Source: Clostridiales bacterium (lineage in GTDB: Bacteria; Bacillota; Clostridia; Caldicoprobacterales; UBA3941). Taken from it: a stretch of 64,000 bases of DNA. A program made the translations under genes and the position numbers. Shown here piece after piece: positions 27,568 through 36,852 of this stretch. The stretch spans positions 10,374 through 74,373 of the forward strand of contig JAAYGY010000023.1 in assembly GCA_012735575.1 (NCBI GenBank). The letters are read 5' to 3'. The stretch's first letter is position 1, and every line of letters starts with the position of its first letter. Below the pieces are notes generated by a model. That model saw only the letters and a list, made by a program, of their open reading frames with translations, was not told the origin of the DNA and made no database searches.

Positions 27568-29118
27568 TTACACTGGTATATTTCCATGTTTTTTGGCAGG
27601 TCTGTTTTCCCTTTTACTTATTAACATCTCTAATGCACTGGCTATTCTTGGTCTTGTGGCTTCTGGTTCGATAATATCATCTATATAACCCCTAGCTGCT
27701 GCAATATAGGGATTTGCAAATCTATTTCTATACTCCTCAATCTTTTCCTGTCTGGTTTGCATTGGATCTTGAGAGTTTTCGATTTCTTTTCTAAATATGA
27801 TATTGGCCGCTCCCTCGGGTCCCATAACTGCTATTTCAGCAGTAGGCCATGCAAATACTAAATCAGCTCCCAGATGTTTACTGCTCATGGCAATATAAGC
27901 ACCACCATAGGCTTTTCTTAGAATAATATTAATCTTAGGAACTGTAGCCTCTGAGTATGCATATAGGAGTTTTGCACCATGTCTAATAACTCCGCCATGT
28001 TCTTGATCCACTCCAGGTAAATATCCGGGCACATCGGTAAAAGTGACCAAGGGAATATTAAAGGCATCGCAGAAACGGACAAAACGTGCTGCCTTATCTG
28101 AAGCATTTATATCTAAAGCCCCAGCCTTCACATTGGGCTGATTAGCAACAATACCTATAGTCTTACCATTTATGCGCCCAAATCCTACTACTATGTTGGT
28201 TGCATACAAGGCATGTACTTCAAAGAAATCCCCGTTATCTACAACAGCTCTTATAACATCCTTAACATCATAAGATTTGTTGGGGTTATCAGGTATTATG
28301 GAATTAAGTTCAGGAGCTAAACGATTTAAATCATCACTGCACTCATATAAGAGTGTATCTTCTAAGTTGTTTTGGGGAAGAAAACTTAAAAGCTTTCTAA
28401 TGGACTCAAAACATGATTCTTCAGAATCACTTAAAAAATGAGCTACACCACTAATCTCGTTATGGGCTGTAGCACCACCTAATTCCTCTGCCGAAATAGA
28501 TTCACCAGTCACAGCCTCAACTACCTGTGGTCCTGTAATGAACATTTTGCTAATGTTGTTCACCATAAAGACAAAGTCTGTTAAGGCAGGAGAATAAACG
28601 GCTCCACCAGCACAAGGACCTAATATGACTGAAATTTGAGGAATAACTCCCGAAGCTAATGTATTGCGATAAAAAATGTCCCCATAACCACTTAAGGCAT
28701 CTATTCCCTCCTGAATTCTCGCGCCTCCAGAATCATTAATGCTTATAATGGGACATCCCATCTTCATAGCCATATCTTGAACTTTTGCAATTTTTTTGGC
28801 ATGCATTTCACCTAAAGAACCACCAATAACAGTAAAATCCTGAGCATATAGATAAACTGGTCTTTCTTCAATGGTAGCATACCCTGCTACAACTCCATCC
28901 CCAGGAGCATTTACGTTATCCATGCCAAAATCATTAGAGCGGTGCTGCACAAAAGCGTCGATTTCAACAAAGCTGCCGGGATCTACAAGCTTTTCGATTC
29001 TTTCACGTGCAGTCAATTTCCCGCTTTGATGCTGCTTTGCAATTCTATCAGGTCCTCCACCTTGGCGAATGGCGACCTTGCGATCTTGCATTTCCTGAAT
29101 CTTCTTTTCTACGCTCAT
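27568..29118 (-). CDS. mmdA: acyl-CoA carboxyltransferase (methylmalonyl-CoA decarboxylase alpha / PccB-like)
   Basis: GKLTARERI, DSGGARIQEG, GPCAGGAVY, DVPGYLPG..QE, RKAYGGAY and KKHGNIP motifs. Confidence 0.88.
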   Translation of the reverse strand: MSVEKKIQEMQDRKVAIRQGGGPDRIAKQHQSGKLTARERIEKLVDPGSFVEIDAFVQHRSNDFGMDNVNAPGDGVVAGYATIEERPVYLYAQDFTVIGGSLGEMHAKKIAKVQDMAMKMGCPIISINDSGGARIQEGIDALSGYGDIFYRNTLASGVIPQISVILGPCAGGAVYSPALTDFVFMVNNISKMFITGPQVVEAVTGESISAEELGGATAHNEISGVAHFLSDSEESCFESIRKLLSFLPQNNLEDTLLYECSDDLNRLAPELNSIIPDNPNKSYDVKDVIRAVVDNGDFFEVHALYATNIVVGFGRINGKTIGIVANQPNVKAGALDINASDKAARFVRFCDAFNIPLVTFTDVPGYLPGVDQEHGGVIRHGAKLLYAYSEATVPKINIILRKAYGGAYIAMSSKHLGADLVFAWPTAEIAVMGPEGAANIIFRKEIENSQDPMQTRQEKIEEYRNRFANPYIAAARGYIDDIIEPEATRPRIASALEMLISKRENRPAKKHGNIPV

Positions 29119-29184
29119 TCATAACCCTCCATATATAATATTGAAAGTGTAAAATTACACATTCTCGCCTATGTTCTATTATTC

Positions 29185-29206
29185 TACATCAGAATCCTTT
29201 TTTCCT
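29185..29206 (-). promoter_or_regulatory. weak SigH-like promoter candidate upstream of mmdA
   Basis: AGGA...GAAT with an 18-nt spacer, one longer than the consensus. Confidence 0.25.
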
Positions 29207-29247
29207 TCTTATTTTTCTATTTATTTTTTGAATATATGTAGTACTTT

Positions 29248-29697
29248 TTAACCGCATGTGTGGTTAAAAAACTTTTCTACATCCAAAAAACTAAAGGAAT
29301 CTGTTCCTATATCATCAATAATTAATTTCCCAATTTCATTACTTTGTAAAAGACTAATACTTTCTGATCTTTCAAAACCAACACAACTGAAGGCATTATC
29401 TATTTCTTTTTTATAAAAAATGATTTTAATATTGTATCTATCTAGAATATATACAGATGCTCTTAACAACCCTTCTTTAAGCTCATCATACTCAGGCCCT
29501 TCTGGAACTATAATCATCTGTATCATTGCACTTTGTTTATGGGTATATCCTGTAAGACCCCCTTTAATAGTACCATCGATATCAATTAATACACCAAATT
29601 TTTCTCCTATAGGAGGTACAGTTAGCAAGGGTCTTAAATCATCATTTGAATAAATAACCTGAAGATCTTCTATATCCATTTTTCTAAAGTGCAGCAT
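29248..29697 (-). CDS. hypothetical protein, possibly a degenerate GNAT fold
   Basis: RBS AAGGGGG; 149 aa. Starts with FRKMDIEDL, has LLRA and CVGFE segments, ends FFNHTCG. Confidence 0.7.
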   Translation of the reverse strand: MLHFRKMDIEDLQVIYSNDDLRPLLTVPPIGEKFGVLIDIDGTIKGGLTGYTHKQSAMIQMIIVPEGPEYDELKEGLLRASVYILDRYNIKIIFYKKEIDNAFSCVGFERSESISLLQSNEIGKLIIDDIGTDSFSFLDVEKFFNHTCG

Positions 29698-29715
29698 ATA
29701 TTCTCCCCCCTTCTG

Positions 29716-30444
29716 TCAATCCTTACTCAATACTATAGCTTTTAATTCTTCAACTTCTTTTTGAGTCAAGAATCTCCAATCTCCTACTTTTAAAGATCCT
29801 AGTGCTAGATTCGCAAGCTTCTCTCTTCGTAGATGCACTACGGGATGCCCAATAGCCTCAAACATTCTTCTAACCTGTCTATTCTTACCCTCATGTATAA
29901 TAATTCTAAACACAGAATTATTATCACTGCTTTTAATTCTTTCTACCTGAGCAGGCCAAGTGGTATAGCCACCAATATTGACACCTTTTCGAAGCGTTTC
30001 AATATCTTTTTCTCTGGGGTTGCCTATCACTTTCACATAATACTCTTTTTTAATCTCATATTTCGGATGGGTTAAATAATAGGCTAAATCTCCATCATTT
30101 GTAAGCAGTAATAATCCTTCTGAGTCATAGTCCAACCTTCCAACAGGGTATATTCTGCTATGTACATCACCAATTAAATCCAATACAGTGGGACGGCCTA
30201 GAGGATCAGAAACACTAGTAATATAACCTGTGGGTTTGTTTAAAAGTATATATATATATTCTTTTTCTGGACTAATTACCTTTCCGTCAACTCTAACTAT
30301 ATCTATAGCAGGATTAATTTTTACACCCATTTCATGTACTGTTTGTCCATTAACCGACACTCGGCCTTGTTTGATAATTTTTTCACAACTTCTTCTGGAA
30401 GCAACTCCACATCTAGCCATATATTTTTGTAATCGTTCAGTCAA
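29716..30444 (-). CDS. rluB: RsuA/RluB family pseudouridine synthase
   Basis: ERLQKYMARCGVASRR, LNKP.GY, PVGRLDYDSEGLLLLTNDG and HEGKNRQVRRM motifs. TTG 30444 likely. Confidence 0.92.
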   Translation of the reverse strand: MTERLQKYMARCGVASRRSCEKIIKQGRVSVNGQTVHEMGVKINPAIDIVRVDGKVISPEKEYIYILLNKPTGYITSVSDPLGRPTVLDLIGDVHSRIYPVGRLDYDSEGLLLLTNDGDLAYYLTHPKYEIKKEYYVKVIGNPREKDIETLRKGVNIGGYTTWPAQVERIKSSDNNSVFRIIIHEGKNRQVRRMFEAIGHPVVHLRREKLANLALGSLKVGDWRFLTQKEVEELKAIVLSKD

Positions 30445-30604
30445 TGACAAAACCCCTTGCAAATTTTAGTAAAAAACTAGGAAACAGATCACATAATCTA
30501 TTATACACTAACATAGATAGAATACAATATTATTAATCCTGTTTCTAGTTAAATTTATCTTAGATAAAAATTTATCAATTTCAAGGATTGTATTTCCTCA
30601 TAAT

Positions 30605-30630
30605 AATAAGGCAGTTTTAGCTGCCTTATT
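30605..30630 (-). terminator. terminator after ytfJ
   Basis: AATAAGGCAG-6nt-CTGCCTTATT. Confidence 0.75.
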
Positions 30631-31084
30631 GAGTAAACTCTTTTGTAAGGGTGGTACCCTGTTTTTTTATTTTGTTTTTGTCAATTAAATCTTGAATTTG
30701 ATCAACTACCTGTGGTACTAACTCAACAACCCTGTCTACTGTTGTATTAAAGTTTACTGGTAATAGTTTAATTTTATCCTTACTTACCACCAGGAAAGCG
30801 ATTGGGTTTACTGACACACCTGCTCCAGTTCCACCGGCAAATGGTAAAGAATCTTGACTAGAAGTATTAGTAGAGTCAGAGATCCTGTTAATCTTGTCTC
30901 TTGATACATCTTCGTTGTATTCTCCTCCACCGGCTACAAACCCGAAAGACACTCTAGATACTGGTATTATTACTGTACCTTCAGAGGTTTCAACAGCATC
31001 CCCCACGATAGTGTTTACATCAATCATTTCTTTAATATTTTCCATTGTGGTTGTCATTATATTTTCAATAGGATGCCCTTCCAC
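30626..31084 (-). CDS. ytfJ: GerW/YtfJ family sporulation protein
   Basis: HPIENIM.TTM..IKEMIDVNTIVG, IPVSRVSFGF.AGG and FAGG.GAGVSV.P motifs. Confidence 0.92.
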   Translation of the reverse strand: MEGHPIENIMTTTMENIKEMIDVNTIVGDAVETSEGTVIIPVSRVSFGFVAGGGEYNEDVSRDKINRISDSTNTSSQDSLPFAGGTGAGVSVNPIAFLVVSKDKIKLLPVNFNTTVDRVVELVPQVVDQIQDLIDKNKIKKQGTTLTKEFTQ

Positions 31085-31688
31085 TGATATCACCACCTTT
31101 TATACTGTGTAAAAGCATTCTAATTGCTGTAATAATAATATGACCTAGTTTCAGTTTGATTATACAATCCAGTGCCAGATCTAGTTTTGCTTCATTAAAA
31201 TAAGGCGTCAGCTTTATCTTAGTGTTTTTTATATTAAATTTGTTAGGTAAATACCCTTTTAGAGACATTAGAACAGTCATTATAGAGCCAAATACCAATG
31301 CAGTATGTGCTGCATCCTGCAAGCCAAGTTTTAGATCTATATTAATATTTGTTATTATGATTTTTAATAATAAATCCCTAAAGTAACCTGAAAACCTTGT
31401 ATATTTTGTACGTTTTTGTCTAAACAGATAAAAAATTTCCTCTACATTGAGACGATGCTCCAGCTCAGAATTAGCTTTACTTATGATTATATAAAGGATC
31501 CCCTTTTCTGGAGCAATAAAAGTAAAATTAAACTTTAGATGAATTAACCCACGTAACAATCGAAGGACTAATACAGCATTGTTCTTTTTATTTTGGATTC
31601 TTACATTGACACCTATTTCAAGAGTGAGAAAACTAAAAAAAATAATGATGCCCACTAAAATAACAAAAAAATAAATCAATCCATACAC
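31065..31688 (-). CDS. ytfI: DUF2953 / YtfI-like protein
   Basis: N-terminal TM, GL.DAA.TAL..G motif and C-terminal KLGHII; adjacent to ytfJ. Confidence 0.8.
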   Translation of the reverse strand: MYGLIYFFVILVGIIIFFSFLTLEIGVNVRIQNKKNNAVLVLRLLRGLIHLKFNFTFIAPEKGILYIIISKANSELEHRLNVEEIFYLFRQKRTKYTRFSGYFRDLLLKIIITNINIDLKLGLQDAAHTALVFGSIMTVLMSLKGYLPNKFNIKNTKIKLTPYFNEAKLDLALDCIIKLKLGHIIITAIRMLLHSIKGGDISGRASY

Positions 31689-31760
31689 CCCATCATATAG
31701 CTATATTTGCTATTTTTTCACAATCAATAAAAAAAATACATGGGGTGGGATTGACATATA

Positions 31761-32279
31761 TTATTCCTGTAAAGGAGGCAAATCTTCCAAGGATGATAGT
31801 CCAAAACTTCTTAGAAATAAATTTGTTGTTCCATATAGTATAGGTCTACCTGGAGCATCTAATCTCCCTACTTCTTTAATCAAACCTTTATCAATAAGTA
31901 CATTAATAGCATATTCACATTTTACACCTCTAATCAATTCTATATCCATGCGAGTAATAGGTTGTCTATATGCTATAATAGATAGAGTCTCCAAAACAGC
32001 CTGGGATAAGGTTTGTTTCTTATCAGATCCGAAAAACTTATCTATGTACTCTCCATATTCGGGTCGTGTGGCCAACTGGTAACTGTCATCTACTCGTATC
32101 ACTTGTAGACCTCTACGTTCAAAATTAAAAACATCAATAAGTCTTTCCATTAGCTTTCTTACTTTTCTTACATCCATATTCAAAAATTCTGCTATTCTTT
32201 TTGCTGGAATAGCATCTCCAGACACAAATAAAAGAGATTCAATAAGACCCATAATTTCACGTTCATCCATATCTTTCAC
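31761..32279 (-). CDS. scpB: SMC-Scp complex subunit ScpB
   Basis: IESLLFVSG, LETLSIIAYRQPITR and GRPILYGTT..FL..FGL..L..LP motifs. Confidence 0.96.
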   Translation of the reverse strand: MKDMDEREIMGLIESLLFVSGDAIPAKRIAEFLNMDVRKVRKLMERLIDVFNFERRGLQVIRVDDSYQLATRPEYGEYIDKFFGSDKKQTLSQAVLETLSIIAYRQPITRMDIELIRGVKCEYAINVLIDKGLIKEVGRLDAPGRPILYGTTNLFLRSFGLSSLEDLPPLQE

Positions 32280-32998
32280 TTAGCCCTCCTAATAATGATG
32301 TCTTCAAATTGCCCTTGTTGAAATATGCGTATCTGATTATCCTTTAACATTTCCAGTAAAGCCAAAAAGGTTACAACAACATCAGAACGGTAATAGTGTT
32401 CTTCAAAGAGCTGAAAAAAACTACATTGAACTTTTTTATTTAAAATTCTCTTTATTTGATTTATTCTTTGAGAAACAGTAATGGATCGCTTATGAACAGG
32501 ATAAAATATTCTTTCTGTTCTATGGAACTTCTTTTGCGCCATCAATTTTACAAATGCTGAAATAAGATCATTAACATCCCCTTCTATTATAGATGTTGTG
32601 GATTCATCTTTTTTATATACCAATTCTTCAGGCAACTTATAATAGATATTGGAATATATTTTTTTCCTTTCTTTTAGTTTCTCACTGACTTCTTTGTATT
32701 TTTTGTATTCTGCTAATCTTCTAATTAGGTCTTGTTCTGGATCAAATTCATCGTCTTCTTGAATTTGGGGTTTAGGAAGCAGTGCTCTAGATTTTATATA
32801 TAACAAAGTAGCAGCCATAACCAAGAATTCACTAGCAATTTCTACATCAAATTTTTTCATTTTATCTAAGTAATCTAAATACTGTTCAGTGATTTCAGTA
32901 ATAGAAACATCTTCGATCTTTATTTTGGCTTTAGATATTAAATGTAGCAATAGATCCAAAGGCCCTTCAAATAGATCTAGTTTAACATGATAATCCAT
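32276..32998 (-). CDS. scpA: segregation and condensation protein A
   Basis: FEGPLDLLLHLI, SEFLVMAATLL.IKSR.LLP and TFLALLEM motifs. Confidence 0.96.
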   Translation of the reverse strand: MDYHVKLDLFEGPLDLLLHLISKAKIKIEDVSITEITEQYLDYLDKMKKFDVEIASEFLVMAATLLYIKSRALLPKPQIQEDDEFDPEQDLIRRLAEYKKYKEVSEKLKERKKIYSNIYYKLPEELVYKKDESTTSIIEGDVNDLISAFVKLMAQKKFHRTERIFYPVHKRSITVSQRINQIKRILNKKVQCSFFQLFEEHYYRSDVVVTFLALLEMLKDNQIRIFQQGQFEDIIIRRAK

Positions 32999-33023
32999 AT
33001 GATCCTCCTACCTTGAACTATCT

Positions 33024-33689
33024 TTAAAGGAAAAGACCCACAAGCCAGGCTGTAAATCGATCCAGATACCTATAAGTAAAAGTATAAGGAAAACTAATTA
33101 TAAAGCTAAAAATATTAAAAATTATCATAGCAAATAGTATTATTATGCTATATCTTTCTAATAGCCAGAATAATTTAATGTTCTTTCTAAAAAATAGAGT
33201 TTTAACTATTTTATATCCATCAAAGGGGGGAATTGGAATTAAATTCAAAAAAGCAAAGATTATATTCAAAGAAACTATCTTATATAATATTGATAATAAA
33301 ATAGCCATACCACTATTAATACTACCATAATTATTAAGTGAAAAAGTTCCACCTAATATATGAATTATAAAAAAGGCGAAAAAAGCTAAAACTATATTTG
33401 CCATGGGACCAGCTATAGATACTAAAATATCACCCCATCTACGGTTTCTAAAATTAGATGAATTAACTTGCACTGGTTTAGCCCAACCAAAACCAAATAT
33501 AGCAAACATAATCAAGCCGATCCAGTCAACATGCGCAAGAGGATCTAATGTAAGACGCCCCTGCATCTTTGGTGTAACATCTCCCATATGATAAGCTATA
33601 AAAGCATGTGCAAATTCATGGAAAGAAAAAGCGAGAAAAATTGCTGGTAAGCTATACAATATATCAATTAAATTTAATCTACTAATCAT
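33024..33689 (-). CDS. site-2 (M50) membrane metalloprotease
   Basis: HEFAH, GRLTLDPL, FGWAKPV, SIAGP and NLIPIPPFDG motifs. Confidence 0.92.
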   Translation of the reverse strand: MISRLNLIDILYSLPAIFLAFSFHEFAHAFIAYHMGDVTPKMQGRLTLDPLAHVDWIGLIMFAIFGFGWAKPVQVNSSNFRNRRWGDILVSIAGPMANIVLAFFAFFIIHILGGTFSLNNYGSINSGMAILLSILYKIVSLNIIFAFLNLIPIPPFDGYKIVKTLFFRKNIKLFWLLERYSIIILFAMIIFNIFSFIISFPYTFTYRYLDRFTAWLVGLFL

Positions 33690-33824
33690 TAAGCGGCCTC
33701 CGTTTCTTCTAACTATAAACTGGTATAGAGGGGTATTTTTATAACTTTATATATTTCATTGTAACATGACAAGCATTTAATTAGCATTAATTGACTTCTA
33801 AATAGACTTTATTTATTATAACAC

Positions 33825-33850
33825 AAAAAAGTGTGCTTCAGCACACTTTT
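33825..33850 (-). terminator. terminator after dacF
   Basis: AAAAGTGTGC-4nt-GCACACTTTT followed by further Ts on the minus strand. Confidence 0.8.
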
Positions 33851-33867
33851 CATCTATGTCACAACGA

Positions 33868-35058
33868 TTATTCATTTTTTTGTTCCAGTTTGTTGTAGGA
33901 AGCTGATGCCCAATTTCTAATAATTTGCTTAAAATAATCATAGATTCCTGCTTTGTCTATATCGCGATCCGCTAAAATATCTACTGTACCTATATCTTTT
34001 CCATTTTGTTTAATAGTCATATAGCCAATCTTTTGACTTTTTATTATTGGTGCCTTTATAGGTTGTTCTATTATATTGTCAACTTGATATTCACTTTGTT
34101 CACCTTTCTTTTGTAACAATGAAAAATCACTAGCAGCCAAACCTGATATCACCTTTTCCTTTCCCCCAGTAACTGCAATATTTCTTTCAACCACAGAATC
34201 TTTTTTTATTAAAGGAACGGCGTCATAGTTAGCAAAACCGTAGTCCATTAATTTTGCCGCTTCAGAAAATCTAAGTTGTGATGTAGGTGCGGCTAATACA
34301 ATTGATATAAGACGTAAATTTCCTCTTTTTGCAGTAGCAGCCAAACAGCTCTTAGCTTTTGATGTAGATCCTGTTTTTATCCCATCACACCCATCATAAA
34401 AACGTACCAGACGATTAGTATTGGTAAGCATAGTGTTATTAGCAGATTCCTCTAGATTATCCAACCATATGGTACTCCACTGGAAAAATAGAGGATATTT
34501 AAGCAATTCCCGAGACATGATGGAAATATCATATGCTGTAGAATAGTTGCCTTCGTCAGACAAACCCGTACAATCTGAGAAATTAGTATTTTCCATTCCA
34601 AGTTCTTTAGCTTTTTCATTCATACCTTTAACAAAGGTTTCCACAGTACCAGAGATTTTTTCAGCTAAGGCTACGCTGGCATCATTAGCCGATGCTACAA
34701 TAATAGCTTTCAAGAGAGCAGAAACTGGTAATCTTTCACTTGCCTCTAAAAACACCTGGGATCCTCCCATACTGGCAGCATATTCACTTACTGTGACTTC
34801 ATCTTCTAGGCTTATTCTTCCTTCTTCAATAGCTTCCAATGCCAAGAGCGTTGTCATTATCTTTGTAATACTAGCAATAGGCAGTTTGTCATGGGGGTTT
34901 TTCTCATATAATATGGTACCTGTATCATAATCCATCAACAACGCTGATTGAGATTGTAGATCAAAGGGCAGTTCTTGAGCATTGATTTTCAAAGGCCAAA
35001 GCATTAAGATAGAAAGGCATAAAAATAATGCCGTCACTCTGGTCAATTTGTTGTGCAA
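33868..35058 (-). CDS. dacF: D-alanyl-D-alanine carboxypeptidase (S11), DacF-like
   Basis: Signal peptide, ASITK (SxxK), SAN, KTG and MGGSQVFL motifs. SigF-like promoter upstream. Confidence 0.85.
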   Translation of the reverse strand: MHNKLTRVTALFLCLSILMLWPLKINAQELPFDLQSQSALLMDYDTGTILYEKNPHDKLPIASITKIMTTLLALEAIEEGRISLEDEVTVSEYAASMGGSQVFLEASERLPVSALLKAIIVASANDASVALAEKISGTVETFVKGMNEKAKELGMENTNFSDCTGLSDEGNYSTAYDISIMSRELLKYPLFFQWSTIWLDNLEESANNTMLTNTNRLVRFYDGCDGIKTGSTSKAKSCLAATAKRGNLRLISIVLAAPTSQLRFSEAAKLMDYGFANYDAVPLIKKDSVVERNIAVTGGKEKVISGLAASDFSLLQKKGEQSEYQVDNIIEQPIKAPIIKSQKIGYMTIKQNGKDIGTVDILADRDIDKAGIYDYFKQIIRNWASASYNKLEQKNE

Positions 35059-35102
35059 CCTTATCCCTCCTAAATTTAATATTAAACAGATTTATTTATC
35101 AT

Positions 35103-35132
35103 TAGATTCTCCATTAAGGAAGGATGTTATGC
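35103..35132 (-). promoter_or_regulatory. SigF-type promoter of dacF
   Basis: GCATA-N15-GGAGAATCTA against the SigF consensus GYWTA-N15-GGNRAYAMTW. Confidence 0.65.
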
Positions 35133-35207
35133 AATATATGAATCTAAACCATGGTGATGGCATTTATATTGTGTAAAACAAATCATTGCTGAGTAAGTTG
35201 CAACAGG

Positions 35208-36059
35208 TTATTTATAACTATCCAATATATGCGTATATATTTGGGTAGTAGATAAATCGGAATGTCCTAAAATTTCTTTAACGACACGAATATCTGTTCC
35301 ATTGTTTAATAGGTGGATAGCAAAAGAATGTCTTAGGGTATGGGGAGTAATATCTTTATTAATTTCTGCTTTCTGTGTATAAAATTTAACAATTTTCCAA
35401 AAACCTTGTCTGGTCATTCTTTTGCCATGGAAATTTACAAACAATGATTTTTCATTTTTTCTGCGAACTAATTTATTCCGACTTTCTTTGAGATACAACT
35501 CCAAATAGATAAGAGCTCTGTCACTCAAATTTATGATTCTTTCCTTGTTTGAACTGTGGCATTTGATTCTTGAGTTATTTATATCTACGTCCTCTATATT
35601 TAGGTTTATAAGTTCCGATACTTTTATGCCTGTACCATACAAAAGTTCCAACATGGCCTTATCCCTAATAGCCTTTGGATTATCACCCTGGGGCTGATCC
35701 ATAAGTTTATTAACTTCATTAATAGTAAGAATACTAGGAGGTTTTCTTTGATTTTTTGGCCCTTCTAAATTTTCAGTTGGATCATTAAAAATTATACTCT
35801 TTTCAACTAAGAACCTATAGTAGCTCCTAATGGAAGATAATTTTCTTAAAATTGTAGATGGTGAAATTCCCTCTTCTTCTCTCTTATCAAGATAGCTTTG
35901 AATATGGGATTTATTGACTAGGTAGATGTCGTAAATTCCGATAGAATTCATATAATCTTTATATTGCCTGATATCTCTCATATAACACTCTAATGTATTA
36001 GAAGATAAGTACTTCTCGTTTCTTAAATATTCCTCATATTGAGCAAAATCATCATTCAT
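35208..36059 (-). CDS. xerD: XerD/RipX-like tyrosine recombinase with altered catalytic residues
   Basis: LSSNTL..Y.RD, RKLSSIRS.Y.FL, TRQGFWK and HTLRHSF..HLL.NG.D.R.V...LGH..STTQIY motifs; position after spoIIM. Reads TGIKVSEL in place of TGxRVSEL. Confidence 0.85.
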   Translation of the reverse strand: MNDDFAQYEEYLRNEKYLSSNTLECYMRDIRQYKDYMNSIGIYDIYLVNKSHIQSYLDKREEEGISPSTILRKLSSIRSYYRFLVEKSIIFNDPTENLEGPKNQRKPPSILTINEVNKLMDQPQGDNPKAIRDKAMLELLYGTGIKVSELINLNIEDVDINNSRIKCHSSNKERIINLSDRALIYLELYLKESRNKLVRRKNEKSLFVNFHGKRMTRQGFWKIVKFYTQKAEINKDITPHTLRHSFAIHLLNNGTDIRVVKEILGHSDLSTTQIYTHILDSYK

Positions 36060-36103
36060 AAACAAAACTCCCTGATAATTTTAAATTGTAACTTGTATTA
36101 CAT

Positions 36104-36128
36104 ATTCAACAAAAAACTTTGAACTCCT
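36104..36128 (-). promoter_or_regulatory. SigH-type promoter upstream of the xerD-like gene
   Basis: AGGA-N17-GAAT, exact spacing. Confidence 0.6.
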
Positions 36129-36164
36129 CTTTTTATAAAGTATTTATTTTACTAGACTTATCCA

Positions 36165-36770
36165 TTATCGGAAAATCCAGATAAATAATGGAAACAAGAA
36201 GGGTGAAGCAAAAGTTTCAATGAGCACTCCTATTAACAATACTATGAAAACTATAGCAATTTTTGCAGTATACTTACCAATTTTGTTATGTCCATGATCC
36301 TTTTTTAGTGAAAATAACATAGATATTATACCCATAGAGATGTAGCAAGGGACATATACAATTGATTGAGGGAGTATGCATACTAAAGAGAACAAAAATC
36401 CTCCGATTCTATAATTTTCTATCATAAAGCCAATGGTAAAGCCAAAAGAAAATCCCCTTATCCCTATAGTGGTTAATATAAAAGGAGAACCCCATATAAA
36501 GAGCCCAAAAAACCAAATAAAAAATGCAGTAACAAAATGTTGCCATAAGGATTCTCTAAAAATAGCCCAACGATTTATGGAAACACCTTGTTGGCTATTA
36601 AAAAATTCCTGTAGAAAATTACTGACATTTAACTTTTGTTGGGATGATAATGATATAACTGTAAAGGTACCAGTCATGATACCGGTTATAAAAACAAATA
36701 TTATTAATAGATAGGCAACTGGATTATCTTTTATGTGTAAAACCCATTGTCTCTTCAATATTTCCCACAA
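36165..36770 (-). CDS. spoIIM: stage II sporulation protein M
   Basis: F..GI..GTF, GIRGFSFGFT.GF, LPQSI..VP and IE.F.SP motifs; context. Confidence 0.9.
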   Translation of the reverse strand: MWEILKRQWVLHIKDNPVAYLLIIFVFITGIMTGTFTVISLSSQQKLNVSNFLQEFFNSQQGVSINRWAIFRESLWQHFVTAFFIWFFGLFIWGSPFILTTIGIRGFSFGFTIGFMIENYRIGGFLFSLVCILPQSIVYVPCYISMGIISMLFSLKKDHGHNKIGKYTAKIAIVFIVLLIGVLIETFASPFLFPLFIWIFR

Positions 36771-36821
36771 GTGCCAGTCCCCCCTTGGACCCTTGCAAAG
36801 TATTTAAGAATATTCATAATG

Positions 36822-36851
36822 ATAAATATGCTATACATAAAAAATATATGC
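36822..36851 (-). promoter_or_regulatory. candidate SigE promoter of spoIIM
   Basis: GCATATA-N14-CATATTTAT resembles the SigE consensus (tCATATt / cATAcaaT) imperfectly. Confidence 0.4.
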
Positions 36852-36852
36852 T

